Counted from the stretch's first letter, positions 41,701 through 56,700 are shown. The stretch is 64,000 nucleotides of DNA from Gnetum montanum (GCA_015680685.1 MNCI01001310.1:650976-714975), one strand, 5' to 3'. Numbers and translations are program-made. The notes: generated from the sequence alone by a model not told the origin.

Positions 41701-44700
41701 TCGAGAGTACACTTCAAGTATGGGTTTGGAACTTCGTCAACTACGGGGAATTCATCAAGTCAATTGATGCTAGGCTTGAAGGAAGGTACCAATCCCAACA
41801 CCTGATATTCCCTTCCATTCAATGCCTTGCATGAAATGCAAAGGGCACTTGGAGGAATCCCAAAGACTTTCCCTACTTTGTGACAAGTGGGAGTAGTCCA
41901 ATCCAAAGGGCCAACGTCTTTAAGGCATCCCCTAGATTCCCTTATGAGGTCTAGAGACTTATCTTCTTGCGTAGGCCCATACCTATGCAAGAAGACAACT
42001 CTTCTTCCACAAGTCCAGTTGAGTTCCTTTGCGAATGACATCTTACCACCCATCGATTTTCTTGATTTTTTTAATCATCGATTTTGCGGGCTCAGCAGGG
42101 CCACTACCCATGGTGATGGACTTGGGAACATAAAATTGAGAGGGAGAACATGCTCCAAAAGAGTTATGTCTTCGCAAGCAACTCACGCTTGCTAGAACTC
42201 CACATTCTGCTTCTCGTATTTGAACCCATGGGGTCTCACCAGTGTAACCATTTAAGCACTCAATCCACGTGTCTATACCGTGCATATTTTTTTTATCATG
42301 TTTGTTTAGGCTGGTATGAAGGGAGTCTAGCATGTTCTTCCTTCAAAACAAGGTACAAGGGTAGATCTTTTGAGCTTGACCTTGCCATCTGTAGACGCTT
42401 GACGCTTGACCTTGCCATCTGTAGATGCACCAGCATCACAATCCTCATTTTACCATCCAATACTATTTCATTTCCACAACCAAAAGAGAAGATCCAAAAT
42501 TTGTTTGGAAAGCTTCTCCAGGAGGCTACCATAGCATACAAACCCAATCTATCATCAACATCCTTTGGGATTGTCCAACATTGAGAATGCCTGCTTGAAT
42601 GTTAGCACAAGTGGAGGATATGTTGGGCAACCAACCCCAAGACAATCCTCCATACACATGCCTCATGTCAACCACTACCACATCATCGATTGCAACCATA
42701 ATGTCCCGTTCATGGGAAGGATCAACCACACTTGCAACTTACAAGCTATCCTTCCCACTCCGAGATATGGGACAAGCACCATTTTCTGCACACTTGGTCC
42801 AGTGAAGCATGTAGAGTCACCTCTGAGGGCAATCATGGTCATGAATTCTCCAAGGAACATCTGGGTTTCTAGAATTTGAATTTTCTTGCCTTGTCAGGAA
42901 TCGATTGCAACTCCCAATCAACACCTTTCATTGGATTTTTGAATCTGAAGAAAAGATCCTCTCTGGGAGGTTTCTTCAATAGGTAAGTACGGTAATCCAA
43001 CTGCACCTTACCATGATACATAACCAAGTAATCCACATAGCCAACACAACCATATCATCAAACTGCTACCAACAGAGGGAAGACATCAATTTATAGGTCT
43101 CACTTACACTCGATTCCACCTTAAGAACAACTCGAGAAGCAAAAGAGTTCGTCCCTCAAAATTTTACCAAGAGGGATTTTTGTTTCATCCTAGGAGATTT
43201 GGGTTTTTGTTTCATACATCCCAATCCGTTTACAACAATTGTGGTGCACAAGGCTGCACCATTGCCTATTACCATATGGCCCAAACAACAAACATGAGTC
43301 AACAAGAACATTTTTCCCATAGGAGGACTAGGTCCTCAAGATAGTTTTACAAAGAATGGGCTTCACCAACATCAACTACCAACTCAAAACAAATACACGA
43401 CTCGTCCTTGAAGGGTTTACAATAAAGGATGGTCTACCAGAGAACCTCAATAAGGAAGTCCCTTTGGGGCCCCAAAAGCTGAGAGAGAGTACATAAAATC
43501 ATGCCTTGCTTACAAGAAAGGAGATATATACATTTAGGCTACATCAACAACATGGCCTCACAAAGGAGGTTCCATGAATTCCATCAAGGTAAGAACATTC
43601 TGTCTCTAAAACCAAGCCCCAAGAGTTCATGAACATGGGACCATTGCTAGGAGCAAGTTCCAAACATCAATTGCTTCTAGATCCCATCTAGGGAACAACT
43701 GTCTTGATACAACTTGCATTATTATTTCAGGAACTGAAGAGGGCATCCATCGGAATGGAGAATGACCCCTCATAGGATTAGAGAGTCACCAAGTAATATA
43801 GTGCTCAGCCTTGCTATCCCACTAGAGAGGTTAGGACACTAACATGATTTAACAATACACCAGAGAAGTGGGACAATGCATTAAGAAGAGACGGTGTGAT
43901 ACATTAGTATACACAAGGAATAGAGTACACAGAGGAGATTGGGCAAGACACCATAGCCTGCTAGGCACAATGAGTCCCAAGTCATGAAATCACACCATAG
44001 TCCACAAAAGCACCAATAAGTCCCAAGCCATGAGAGTGCATCATAGTCCTTAGAAGCACCAAAAGCAACTGGTCATGAGAGCACACCATCATCCACGAAG
44101 CACCAGAAGCCCCCAATCATGAGAGCATAGGCTCAAGTGTTTTCGAGCACATCCAAGTCCACTAGGCAAGGCCACCAAGAGAAGTCACAATTTCTGTAGC
44201 TGTAACATCATTTATTCAAGGATGGACCACCATCCCAACGTTTGCAAAACTACTCCGCGATCACATCCAGGCATGGAAGAGAGAGTCTAGGTGTTGATAC
44301 CCAGAACTCAACTCTACTCCATAGCTAGACATAGCAGCATCACCTTGATTTGAATTTTAGTTTGCCATTGCAATTCACATGGCCACTGTGAACCACCTGC
44401 TATCAAGATCAACCTCACCGAACCAATTTGTTTGTATTTCAGGCTACATACCACCATCGATCATTTGTGGATAAGATTTCTGCCAGTCCAGGAACCCAAG
44501 AGGAAGTGAAATCAAGACTTGTCCTGTCTCAAGAACGTTCACCGAAGGGCACACCATCATGGCATGCCAATATCACCAAGAACACAAGGCATCAATTCAA
44601 GAGCACCTTGGGCAACGACATGCCCTGGCCTACTCGTTACAACACCATATCTCAACAAGAGAATTTTGCATGGGGTTTTCAACAGAATTACACATCAAGG

Positions 44701-47700
44701 CACAAAGGCCACTTACAACATATAGAGAAGGTGTTTCAAGAATGAGCACTAGGAAAACACCATACATCAAGCTTGGCCTTGTTATAGGGTGTGGCATAGG
44801 CCTACAACAAGGAGACAACTAACTCACATAGGGCAATTACATCTAGCACTTTTGTGTGCATAAACTATCAAAAATGAGAATATCACAAGGTTACATTACA
44901 ATCTCACATACCTGAAGATAGGAATACATTTAGTCAGCACAATACATGGTATTTAGGAGTACTACCCAGGCCTAGAAGGCTATAGGATGAACTACCCAAG
45001 CCCATCCTAAGCTGAAAAGTTTAGGCCACCAGGAGCACACCAAGGCTGCACCATGCTATTTTGAGAAAAAATTGTCTCTGTCACAGAATGAAAACGGTCA
45101 TTTGTTGTCCTGCATTCATTGCACAACTATCTCTACATGTACATGAACAACCATCGCACTAAACACACTGCACGATTGCCATCGAATGAAAACAATTCGG
45201 GACACGAACACGATGATCGAATAACGGGACACGCTAACCAAGTATCCATCACTTGCCATAGTGGGACCTCAAGGCATTGGCCACTCTTGGGCCATTAGTA
45301 TCCGGCATGGCCAAGGATGCCATTTTATGCCATCTACTAACCCAATATTTGTAGGGTCTAGGACAGATCACCGTCCTCTCTCACCCAACACAGAGAGGCA
45401 AACAAATCATGATGTACTTGATGTTTCATCATAGCCAAGGTACTGATAAATCCACAACCCAATGTTGGGATTTTGAGACCAAATAACCAATTCATGAAGG
45501 CCTTAAGAGCACACATCTTCCCCATAGAAATAGTGCTCACAGAATCAACTGAGGTCACCATTGGCTGCATGTTTGTACCTATGCTGCTTGCAAAGACTGA
45601 GACAATAGCTCAAAAACAGAGAAGTTAGCATGAACATTATCAGCACATCAGCCTCATATACAACCATCAAGCATGATCATATAACAGAGAAATATCACTC
45701 TTGCAACATCATAAAGAGCAAGACCTCAACAACACGCATAGAGATCAATCATGCCAAATATTGATGGGTCAATTAGATACACTCACACAAAAGAATTCAT
45801 CATGAGGTACACCTAGAGAGAACTAGACACTCTCAAAATTCCAAGATTCATATACAACAAATGTTCCCAGCCACTAGCACTGGTTCCCACCAAGATCAAG
45901 ATCTCAACACATTCATAAAAGGCATATCGTTATCTCAACTCAGAAATAAGGTGGAAGACCAAGGTTTAGCCAACAACAGGTCTCCATAAAACCAATTATC
46001 GCTACGATGAGCAACATCAGGGAGGATGCGTCCGCAAGAAAGACTCTCACCAAAGGAGGTCAGGTCTTAGCAAGAACCAACAATAGGATGACCCACACCA
46101 AAAGGTGTCCAAATCAAAGTGCCCAAAGAAATGTCACCAATCAAAGGAGTAATGTTACAAAACCAAGGGCAACACAACCAGCACAAACAAAGAAGCACAA
46201 CTCATGAAAGGTCTAGCACAAGGGCAATCATGCCTGGAGCACAAGAGGTTTTCAAAACAAGACAACAAATATTTGGCTTTGGGATGGCACAAATGGCCTC
46301 AAAATGCATCCTCAACAATCCCAACAATAAATCATCACACCACATAGAACACAAAGCCTTACATTATGAACGATAGACATGATGAAAGCAACACCCACGC
46401 AGAATTTGAAAACGCAACCAAGAAGACACACATACACAACTAGACAAACATACAATTGCAAACACGAATGTACAAAGTCTACTGGCAACAGTCTTAATCC
46501 ACCCAGAACAAGGCTCACCAGAAGCACATGTTCGAAGGCCCTCCATCCTGAGGCACATGGGAACCAACATGTCCCAATTTGTAATTCCTATACTCACTAT
46601 ATCTAGGGTGAGTGGGAGTGCAAGGATATTGCATCCTGCATAATTCAATCAATGCCATCTTGATACATGTCATCTGAGTGGAAACTGAAGCGAAGACTAG
46701 GTTCAACTCATCTCAGATAAATCATTGGAGACTAGAGATGAGAGCTCCTTGAGCAACAATAATTTATGAGTTGCCAATAGAACTCTCCTCTGCCATATCA
46801 AATAAAACCACAACTGGTCCAACCACAAGTAAACAAGTGGAGAACAATACCACAATGCAATCGTATACATCCTCGAGGAGAACAACATACATCAGTTGCT
46901 CACAACATAACATCGGCCCCCTCATGAAAAGCGTAAAAATCTTACCATAAGGCAACTCTTCAAAGAATACATAAGGATATGATCCTATATCACCTAGATA
47001 TCAATTTGAAGGGACCATTACTAGAACAACCTCGATGGTGTAATACAACCAAAGGGCACACACATATCGCAACATGATTCCAAAAACACTATGATACCAT
47101 CTGTAACAACGTTGCCCCGATGTTGTTTGGCACCCCAAGGAATTCACTAAGACCCAATGGATCTGGGGTAGAAGACTTGGGGAATACCCCTCTAACCAGC
47201 AAGCAACCCAAGAGAGAGTGCAAGCAGCAACACAACTTCTTAATATATGTATGGGAATGCACGTCAGGGAGGACAACTAACTCCAAACAAGGACCTTGCA
47301 AACAAGCACACAAGCAACCTTGTAGACAATGTCGGTGGAAGGGGAAACGATGCATCTATAAGGGGTGGCGCCTCACCCCTAGAACCCTCACAATTTGGTA
47401 CAAGGTTTGGCTTGACACTGCACTAGAACTATCCAATCTTGGCTGCCTACATATCTACGACCACCATAGAATCAGGGCCATGTAGTTCTCCAAGTGAGGG
47501 TAGTATGAAGAGAACTTAGAGAGAGTTGCAATAGGAGGGTATCCTGCTGCTAGTTTGGTACCACCAAGCCAGGATGGGTTTTTTAACACTTGAGAGTCAC
47601 CCAAGGGTGCCTCAGAGTGTTCCATGGTGCCCAAACCATGGGGAGAGCCCAGGAGAACCACCACCTTGAGACATCTCTCACACAATTAGTTTCTTTTAAT

Positions 47701-50700
47701 AGGCTTCATACCATGTCTAGGGATACAAAAGTCAATGTTACCCAAGGTTTTATTCTCACGTTGATGGCCATTCAATTCTACCTGGACATGAGTTTATTTA
47801 AGATCTATACTAAACAAACAACACTTGGATTACCATCACTTCTGGACTTCGATTACTATCATTTTTGGACTTCACTTTGATATACCCCTAAGATAGGTGA
47901 TAGGTTGTAGATAAGGTGGTTCTATGCATATAAATGGTTTCTGTTTCATTGAAAACCTTTGAGTGATGTTCAACTCAACCCCCATACTCCTAATAGCCCA
48001 AGATATTAAACCTAGTTAATATCATGTACAGGTAAGGTTGAATAGTGGTGTTCATCTCCATTTGAAGGGTAAGATGAAAAGAAAATCAACTTATTCATGC
48101 ATGCTATGAGCAATTTTCTCACAGAAACATGTACCTGGGGAACTTTTAGCACACCGAAATTCCCAGTATGTTGACGTGTTCCAAAACTGTTCAAGTATAC
48201 GTCAGAATTGTGGCCAAGTAACTCCATGTTTTAAAATGTTGCTAGAATGCAGAAACAAATCAGAATTCTTTTGGGCTCCAAGTTTCCAATGTGTTAGGGC
48301 TAGCCCCCTAGCCCCATAAAACAAAGGATCCCCTTGTAGATTAGAGTCCTTTTAGAAATTGTCTGAAAAACAAAGAGAAGAAGGTTGTTGTGAAGAATGT
48401 GGATATGCATCTCAGTAACCTTTCAAGACACTACCATCCATCTCTTTAGTTGCTCCACACGAGCACTAGTTTGGCCAAAGAGGAACTTCCCAATTTGCTT
48501 CATGACTACAGCCCATTTGCCATCAATCCATCCAACACCTTGACATTACAAACTCCATCAGCTACATTTACCATTTTTAATGTCATCAACACTAGGCTTC
48601 TAGCATGAAATTCCTAAGCCCTATACTACACCTTGAACACTTAGGGGAGCTTGTAACCCCTGAACCTCCTGGGCTATTGGGATGCAATCTAGAAACTCCA
48701 CCCAGTCCAGTCCCTACTTCCTTGCCTTGCTATCCAACTCTAGTTGCATCGTGTTGCACACCACCTCGGTCTCTGGCTGCACCTCTCTTCCCTCCTAGGA
48801 CTCCAGCTGTGCCTTGCCTCCCTCCTTGGTCTCCAACTGTGGGAAAACCTCTTTCCTACTCTCTCTCTTGCTCTCCAGTGCTCCCCAATTGTCCCCCCCA
48901 TTCCATTGTTGAATTTTCAATTTTTTAACTTTTCCAAGAAACCAACCAAATTATTTTGTTGACTTTTTAATATTTGATTATAATAATTCCCATGTTTTTT
49001 TGTTAGTATACTAATTCTTTGTTCTGATTCTTGGCTTCTGCATTTAAGTGTGATTATTGTTTTAGAATAAAGAAAGACATCCAAGATTTGGATATCAATG
49101 TTAATGTATCTCTTAATGAAAATGAATAGTGGAAAAGAATTGACCTAGTTGACCCCAAATAGTTGGGATAAGACTAGAATGATGAAGATGATGTTGGAGA
49201 AAAATAACACAATGAAACAAATGGGGACTAGAAAGATGATAGTGTGAGATACACAAAGATAACATTGTTGAAAAATCCTGTAGATAATAAACAAAATGCA
49301 AAAACCGAAACTAGAAGTAGAACATCAATTGATGCAAAATAGCAAATAAAAACACAAGGTTCACGAGGTAAAACCCTCAAGAATAGAGGCAAATCTCCAT
49401 AGGATAAGCTAAGCTTTCATTGTTTAATTGATTCAAATGAGGTGTTTACATACAATGACCAAGGGATCTAGCCTTTAAATAGGCAAATCCATATTATAGA
49501 CTCTCATTTAGGAATATTTGGAAGTTATCCTTCTAAAAGATTGTTACAGTGCATATCATTCTAGAGAATCACTTATAGATTAAAAATGGATCCCATAGAA
49601 CCATCTAGAAAGAACCCATAAAGTTACAATAGCTTATCCCTTACAAAATACCATATTTACCAATTAAACCATAGAGCTGCATTATTTAGTTTTACATACA
49701 TTACATTCTCCCACTTTAAGATAAATATTTTTTTCCCATTGAGCAACAAATCTTATTCATGTAGACATTACCTTCTCCATTCAGATGATATCTTGCTTTA
49801 ATGATACACCTTCCATTAAAGCTGTCATTAGCAAGAAAATTCCCACCCTGAATAGACCAAAGGCAGAAACATGATAGAGATAACACAATTGTAGTTATTA
49901 TAAAACCTGAAAGCTCTCCAGCCTAACACCAGGGCCTCCCAGACACCTTGCAAAATTGAAATATTGTGGCTAACCTATGGGAATAAATAGACAACAAACA
50001 ATCTCACGCTTATGCAAGAGAGATCTAAAATGATCAATTTTAATGAATCCCTCTTCAACATCAATAGATTCACCTTTCTTCATGTAGAAAACATAAACCT
50101 GAACATACCACAAAGGACATTGCAAACTATACAATATCCATAGTTACATGTTCAGAGAACAAAATAGACATCAAAATTTAATTTTTGCTTTTTCTTTGAA
50201 TACAACTCCAACAGAAGCAAACTTGCAATATCTTTATATGCCCACATTTACTGCATTTCCAACAAAGTGATATCTGCTTTCTCTTTCCGCTCTTTCTAAC
50301 TAGTGGTTGGCTTCTTGATAAGTTTCTCTACTTTGAGGATGACACACTTATTCCATTCTAAGAATGGCGATAACTTCCTCATAGTCCATTGCTGGGAATA
50401 TTTTGGCATTGTTGCTATCACCACATGACCTCAACTCCTAATTTTAGCATCATAGTGTCTGCAGTCTAAATTGGCACTATTAACTGTTGCTGATGTGGAC
50501 CATAAAAGGGAAAAAGTCTGATTTTACTTGATAAGGCGGTCACCCTTTGCTAATTTAATACTAAAATTAAATTCAAATAATTTAGGAAGCACAAAATGAA
50601 TTAATAGTTACCTTTGATAAAGATACCTATGAATTTTAAGGCATTGGATTAATGTATAAATCATAGGTGTACAGACAACAAATGTGTTGTGTCTTCACTA

Positions 50701-53700
50701 TTATATTAAATTGAGTGGCTTAAATGTAACACCTCCACCTCTCACCCCAAAACTATAATGATATTCTGCCTAAGACTAGCTAATGATTGGATCAAAGGAA
50801 ACCCTATGCATAATCGATCAGCAATCACAACAGAAGGAAACATAGAAAGTAAAAACAATTTATAGAACAAGCTTGCTACACTCAACTATCAGGTGAAAAA
50901 TCTCATCTCATATACATTATCACATCAGTCCATGCAAATCTATCATATCAGTCTATGCAAAGCACTCAAAACAAACTATTTGTCCATAGTCAAAGGATCA
51001 CGACTGTTCCTACTAAGCCCCAAACAAAAATGTTTGTCTTGTAAGTTAGATTATATATGAATGTACAAATAGACATGGAGACCTAGGCTCCATCCCCCTT
51101 CATCAGCCTTGACACTCATCAGTGTCTCTAGCTTCATCACTTGTATAAAACATAGTGTACACTGAGTGGGAAGTCTTTACACTTCCCTTGCTATATGGAG
51201 GACAGGTAGTGTACTAGAGGAGAGGAATGGGGAAAGATAGTATCTTGCGTCAAAGGTTAGTCATGCCAATACATTTTGTACCTTAACACAAACACATGAA
51301 GCATGGCAGCAATCAGAGCATTAGACATACATATTAATAGAACCGCACAAACTACACTGTATCCTAATGACACTTATACACACACTCCATCACAAGTATC
51401 AAACTTAAACATCACAACACGCACACACAATTCATGTGGTAGCTAGCATATCTACAAGTGTAAAATGTGTATCAGTTGCCTTGAGTACTCATTAACAAAT
51501 GCTTGCAAGTCTTTTATTTACCTGTTGGTGCTAGGGTTCATCAACCCATGACCCACAACCATTAGCCTTCCAGAGGATTGGCCATAGGTACAAACACACC
51601 TATGCCACAAACCAATCGTAGGGATGAACACACCTATGCTCTTCCACTCCTAGGATGAAGCCTGAGAGAGGAGCCTTACTAATGTATCATAGTTCGGGTC
51701 AATCCATGACTGCCTCCAGGGTGCCTCATCAGCAACCAATCCACATACCTCACATTAGCTGTACACATTGACTAACCGGAAGCAACAAGTGCTACATGCA
51801 TTGTTGCAAAAGAAAAGGACATCAAGGTTTGATATTAGACTAGCTTAAGCCTCAACAATACATGCATTCTAGCACTAGCACCCATGCATGCATTCATCAC
51901 ATCACACACAAATCTGATAAAGGTTCAGTACATCTCATAAACATATCTTGCTAATGGCACTAATACATGTCACAGACCCACAAATAACCATTGGTGGTGA
52001 GGTTCCATAGCCACCCATCGCACATACAATTAATTACCAGCACAACTAATTTACCTAAAACATTCTAGGCATCTACTGATATATCACTCAGACATTAACC
52101 GACTATCAACTCTGGTAAACCAAATCCGGTCCACCTGTTAAGTACAAACACTAAAATAATGACTTCCAACAGCAACAAAAAAACATTGCAACGAAAGAAG
52201 GTAAAAAAAAAAAAGGCTGGGGAGGACTTACATGAAGAAGAGCAGAACATTCTGCGGCAACTTCAAGGCCTTGATCTAGAAGAGGAGACATACTGGAAAC
52301 AAAGGTCATGGGTCAGATGGCTCCGGGAAGGGGACATGCAAACAAAATTTTTCTTTGCCATTGCTAAGACACGATGATGGGGCCAACCAAGTTGTTTACA
52401 CACCTGAGATGGGAGGATTATTGATGAACCACAGAGTGTCACTAGGGAGCTGACTCAATATTGGGAGAAGATTTGGGCCAAGCGACCCACCAATCCCATT
52501 TCAGTCCCAATTGCGCAGGTGCTGAACAAGGAAGACAACACCCGGTTGTTGACCCCATTCTCTTGGCAGGAACTCATTGCCACCATCAACGACATGCCGA
52601 GAGGGAAGGCGCCTGGTCCAGACGGTTGGAGTCTTGAGTTCTTTCGGACCTTCATGGATATTGTGGGATCCAATATCCTGGACGCCTTCACACTTATGCT
52701 GGACAAGAGGCAGGTTCGAAGGGAGATCAATTGCTCTCGAATTGTGTGCATCCCGAAGCAAATGGAGGCACACCACCTGGAACACTTTCGTCCTATTGGG
52801 GTCTGCAACGTTTTGATTCGGGTTTTCTCCAAATTGATTGTGCATAGGCTGGTGCCTCTCATGCCCAAGCTGGTGGGAGTTAATCAAGCAGGGTTTGTGC
52901 AAGGTCGAACCCTTCAGGACCAGGTTCTACTCATGCAGGAGGTGTTCCACTCGCTTCTGACTACGGGTTTCCCAGGGCTCTATCTCAAGCTCGATATTAC
53001 CAAGGCGTATGACACACTCACCTGGGAAGCCTTGGCTACCATAATGCAACGGAAAGGTTTTGACCAGGGGTTTATCCAGCTTTGCATCCACATGTAGTCA
53101 TTCGCTAGCTTCTCCTTTGACGTGGGGGGGGGGGGGGGGGGGCGCGGGGGGGGCCCTCCCCTCCCCTGGGAGGGGGTTACGGCAGGGGGACCCACTTTCG
53201 CCCCTGTTGTTCATTATTGCTATGGACTTGATGCAACTTTATTGTAGAATGTTGAGGGTTGACAGATTAGACATTACAGGGGTGGAATGTCGGGCAGAGC
53301 ACTATGCGGATAACACAATGTTGCTTAGTCGGGTGGGGGTCCCACAAGCACGGTGCATCAACATTGCCCTTTCCCGATTGGCGGATGAGTTGGGACTGGA
53401 GATTAATAGGGCTAAATCCTCAGCTCATTTTATTAATGTGGATTCACAAATTTAAAATCGGGTTGTGCAAGTCCTGAACATCTTGCCCGGAACAGTCAAG
53501 GACTCCTACCTGGGTATCCCACTCTTCCAGTGGGGGCGGAGCATGTCTTGGGGGACATTATTGGAGAAGGTTGAACGGAGGATGAGTCACTGGGCAAATT
53601 GTTTCTTGACCCGGAAGGGGCAATTGGTTGTGGCATTAGGGACTCTCACAACGATTACTTGGTTTGTGGCAGTAGTTGCCACCCCTCCGAACGCCATCAT

Positions 53701-56700
53701 TAACAAGATTAACATGCAGATTAGGCGTTTCCTTTGGACGGGGGGCAGAGGGGGGGGGGGGGGCAAAATCCACCTTGTGTGTTGGGAACGGGTCGCACGC
53801 CCCTATAATGTGGGGAGGCTGGGCATCTCGTTGAGGCCCTAGCAGACACTCTACCGCCATGCGCGTGTGATGCAGGCACATGGGTGGTTGGGCCTTGAAT
53901 CACACCGATTGATGGCGGCTAGGTACCCGCAGGTGTCAGGTTGGCAACAGATTTGGAGGGGGTGGCTCCCCGAGAAGATCAAAATGTTCATGTGGTTACT
54001 GTGAAATGACGTGTTACCAGTTCGCACGCTTCTGCGTAGATGTGGCCTTAATGTGGACGACACCTGCCCCCTGTGCGGCGCTGCGCCAAAAACGGTTTGG
54101 CATTTCATCGCTAATTGCGCATACATGTGCGCCACGTGGCACGCAGCTGGGGCGACCCCCCACCGATGCGCCTGACTGGTGACTCTTAGGCCATGCTACT
54201 TTTATGGGTAGCGTGGGAGACAAGAAACCGCATTGTTTTCCAGCAGGTCAGGTTGCTCCCGCCCCCGCTAGTGGTTTCCTAAGCTCTTCACGTGTGGAAC
54301 GAGATCGAGGCAACGATGGGAGTCACATTGACTTTCGAACCTGATTGTGCTGCGTTTCGGAAGGAGGAAGAACTTTGGGAAATGGTGGAACAATGCGGTT
54401 GGAATGGCCCCTGTAGCGATTTGCAGGTGACCCAGACCTTGCAGATGACACATTCTTCTCTAACTGGCGCAATGACCGGACTTACTTTCGGGGAAGAGAG
54501 GTAACCGTCACGGAATCCTTGATTGCCAGATGTTTGGGGGCCCAGGCCGCTGGCGAGGTCATTTTGCCTTCCACATGAGGGTTGCAGGACACGGAACTGT
54601 TCTTCGATGGGCCAGTGCCACACACGCAAAGCAGGCAAGTGCCCAGATTCTCCTTGCCCCGAATTTGGGCTTGAGCGACAGATCTGGTAGACAAATTTTT
54701 TGTCTAGTTTGACAATGGCTCCAAGCTCCACAGCATCCACTTTACCTTTCTCCGTTGCCTGAAGTTGGGGTGCCAAGTCAACTTACCATGGTTTTTTTCG
54801 GAGGCCCTACAACTTCAGAGACAGTGCTGTCATTCAGGGCTCATCCTGGCCTTATGGTGGGGGGCAGAGGGTGGGGGGGGGGGCAAAACTCGTAGGAAAC
54901 ACCCCCCCCCCCCCCCCACCCCACGCGGGGGGCCTTCCTTGCCTAGCTCATCATCTTCGGCCAACCGGGAGCCCCTCTGGACCCTACCTGCAATGACCTA
55001 CACACAGAAATGGCGGAGCCAGCGTGGACGGTGCCCCCCAACCAGTACTGTGACACCGGAGTCGTCTCTGCCTAAGACCTCCAGGTGTAGTGCAAACCGG
55101 GACGAGGAGTTGCAGCAGGTTGCACAAAAGGCCGCAACCACGGCATGCGAGGTTGAGTGGCAGGAATGGGAGGCAAAATGGCAGGAATCCCTCGCGCAAG
55201 CACAGGCTGAGTTGGAGGCCCAGTTTAGAGAAAGGGAGCAGGAGAGGGTGAGGCAACAAACCCTCCTGGCCGATGCAGGTCGAGCCCGGCTGGTGGATGA
55301 GATCCGGGCCCAAGTGCGGGAAGAATTGATGCAGGAGGAAAATGCCTGAAGGGAGCACAAGGAGGTTGAACAGGCGTAGCTTGAACGAGAACAGGAGGAG
55401 GAGGCCCAGTGGCCGAGCCAACTGGACCAGGCACACGAACATAGCGCCAGCTAGTGGCTTAGAAGTGGACGGTGCCCATACCTCATAGTGGGCATCAATT
55501 GCGACAGCTCCTGGGGGGAGCTCAGGCACCATATCCACCAGACCTTGGCACGCTTCCATCTAGATGCGGGGACATCAGTGGCAGATTGGAACAGATGGGA
55601 GTCAGCTATGCAAGGAATCCAGCAGGCTGCTAGTTTTGTTGACACGGAGCTTCATCGAAACACGCTAGATATTCTTCATGAGCTGGAATGCCCACACTGT
55701 GCTTGCCATCGCCTGTCGACAAACCCCTAGCAGGGTCGCTGCTTTCAACCCGCAAGGGTCGCTGTTGCCCCCCCTCCCCCACCCGTTTTTCTTTGACCTT
55801 TCCTCCTCCCCCCCCCTCCCAATGTTTGAGTCTTGCGCCCACCCCCCAACCCCCAAAAAAAACCTAATGAGGACATCACCCAACCTTTATGTAATCCTCA
55901 ATGCATTGTTGTATGTGCTTCTTGCTTGTGTGTGTTGTCTTTGTGTCTTGAGGAGTTTGGGTTGCATTCTGTATGTTCCATGGCCTTTGGGAGTTTGTTG
56001 GTGGCATTTGGGACTTCAGCTTGGACATTAGACTGTTTTGGGTCAGATTTGAAAAGACGTCTTCCCTGCCTGAAAGACTGTTTATCCACACAAAAGACAT
56101 CTTCCATGCCTGAAAGATGTGTTATGCTCAAGCCTGGCTCTTAGCAAAGAGGTCTTCCCAAGCCCAAAGACATCTTCTGTGCAACTTTTTCAGCTTGTGA
56201 AAGATGACTTCTCTTCTAGGACTTCTTCTTTGGCAAGACACTGGATATTAATTTGAATTTTTGAATGCTAGGGGAGACAAAAGGTCACACAAGAAAGTAC
56301 AAATATGCATAAAAGGCTTGAGTTTGAGTAAGAGTTGAGAGTGTAAGAAAGTGAAGAGAGATTTAAGAGGTTTCTTGAGAGCTTGTGCAAGTGAGGAAGC
56401 AACATTATGTTCAATTGAGTGATAGGCAAGAGTGAGGCACTTTAGAGAGGTTAAAGGAATTTCTTATAAGTGTTCTTATCTTGAGCTTTGTGCTCCAAGT
56501 GTGAGCAATTGATGGATTGAGAGGGCACATGTGGCTTTTAAGATCCTTGGGAGGTTTGAGTTGAGCTTGGCTCATCATAGTTAATGTATTTCTCTATTTT
56601 GAAAGTGGTTTCATAAAGGAAGAGTTGCTCCATTTCCTTGTGTTTTTTCATTTTCTAAGCTAATTTTGCTTGAAAAGGTTGTGGAAAGTGTCCTTTTAGG

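Larger units (their letters stand above)
41067..47682 (-). mobile_element. Complete but internally decayed Ty3/gypsy-like LTR retrotransposon
   Basis: 581-bp LTRs at 41067-41647 and 47102-47682 (TGTAAC...CTCACA). 5-bp TSD CAATT at 41062-41066 and 47683-47687. PBS TGGTATCA (tRNA-iMet) at 47092-47099 and [15 protein letters not shown] at 41648-41659, both on the minus strand. Only weak protease, RT and integrase-end remnants. Confidence 0.9.

Noticed and set aside
53124-53153. Long G/C homopolymers (also about 24365, 53750 and 54870-54920) as G-quadruplex or regulatory elements
   Set aside because: Most fall inside otherwise conserved LINE coding sequence and disrupt it, and one adjoins an N. 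They are more likely sequencing or assembly artefacts, or slippage.
55473-55730. A stand-alone host DnaJ gene or processed pseudogene
   Set aside because: The segment is in frame with the LINE ORF2 tail and recurs with LINE-type 3' ends in three places, so it is part of the element.
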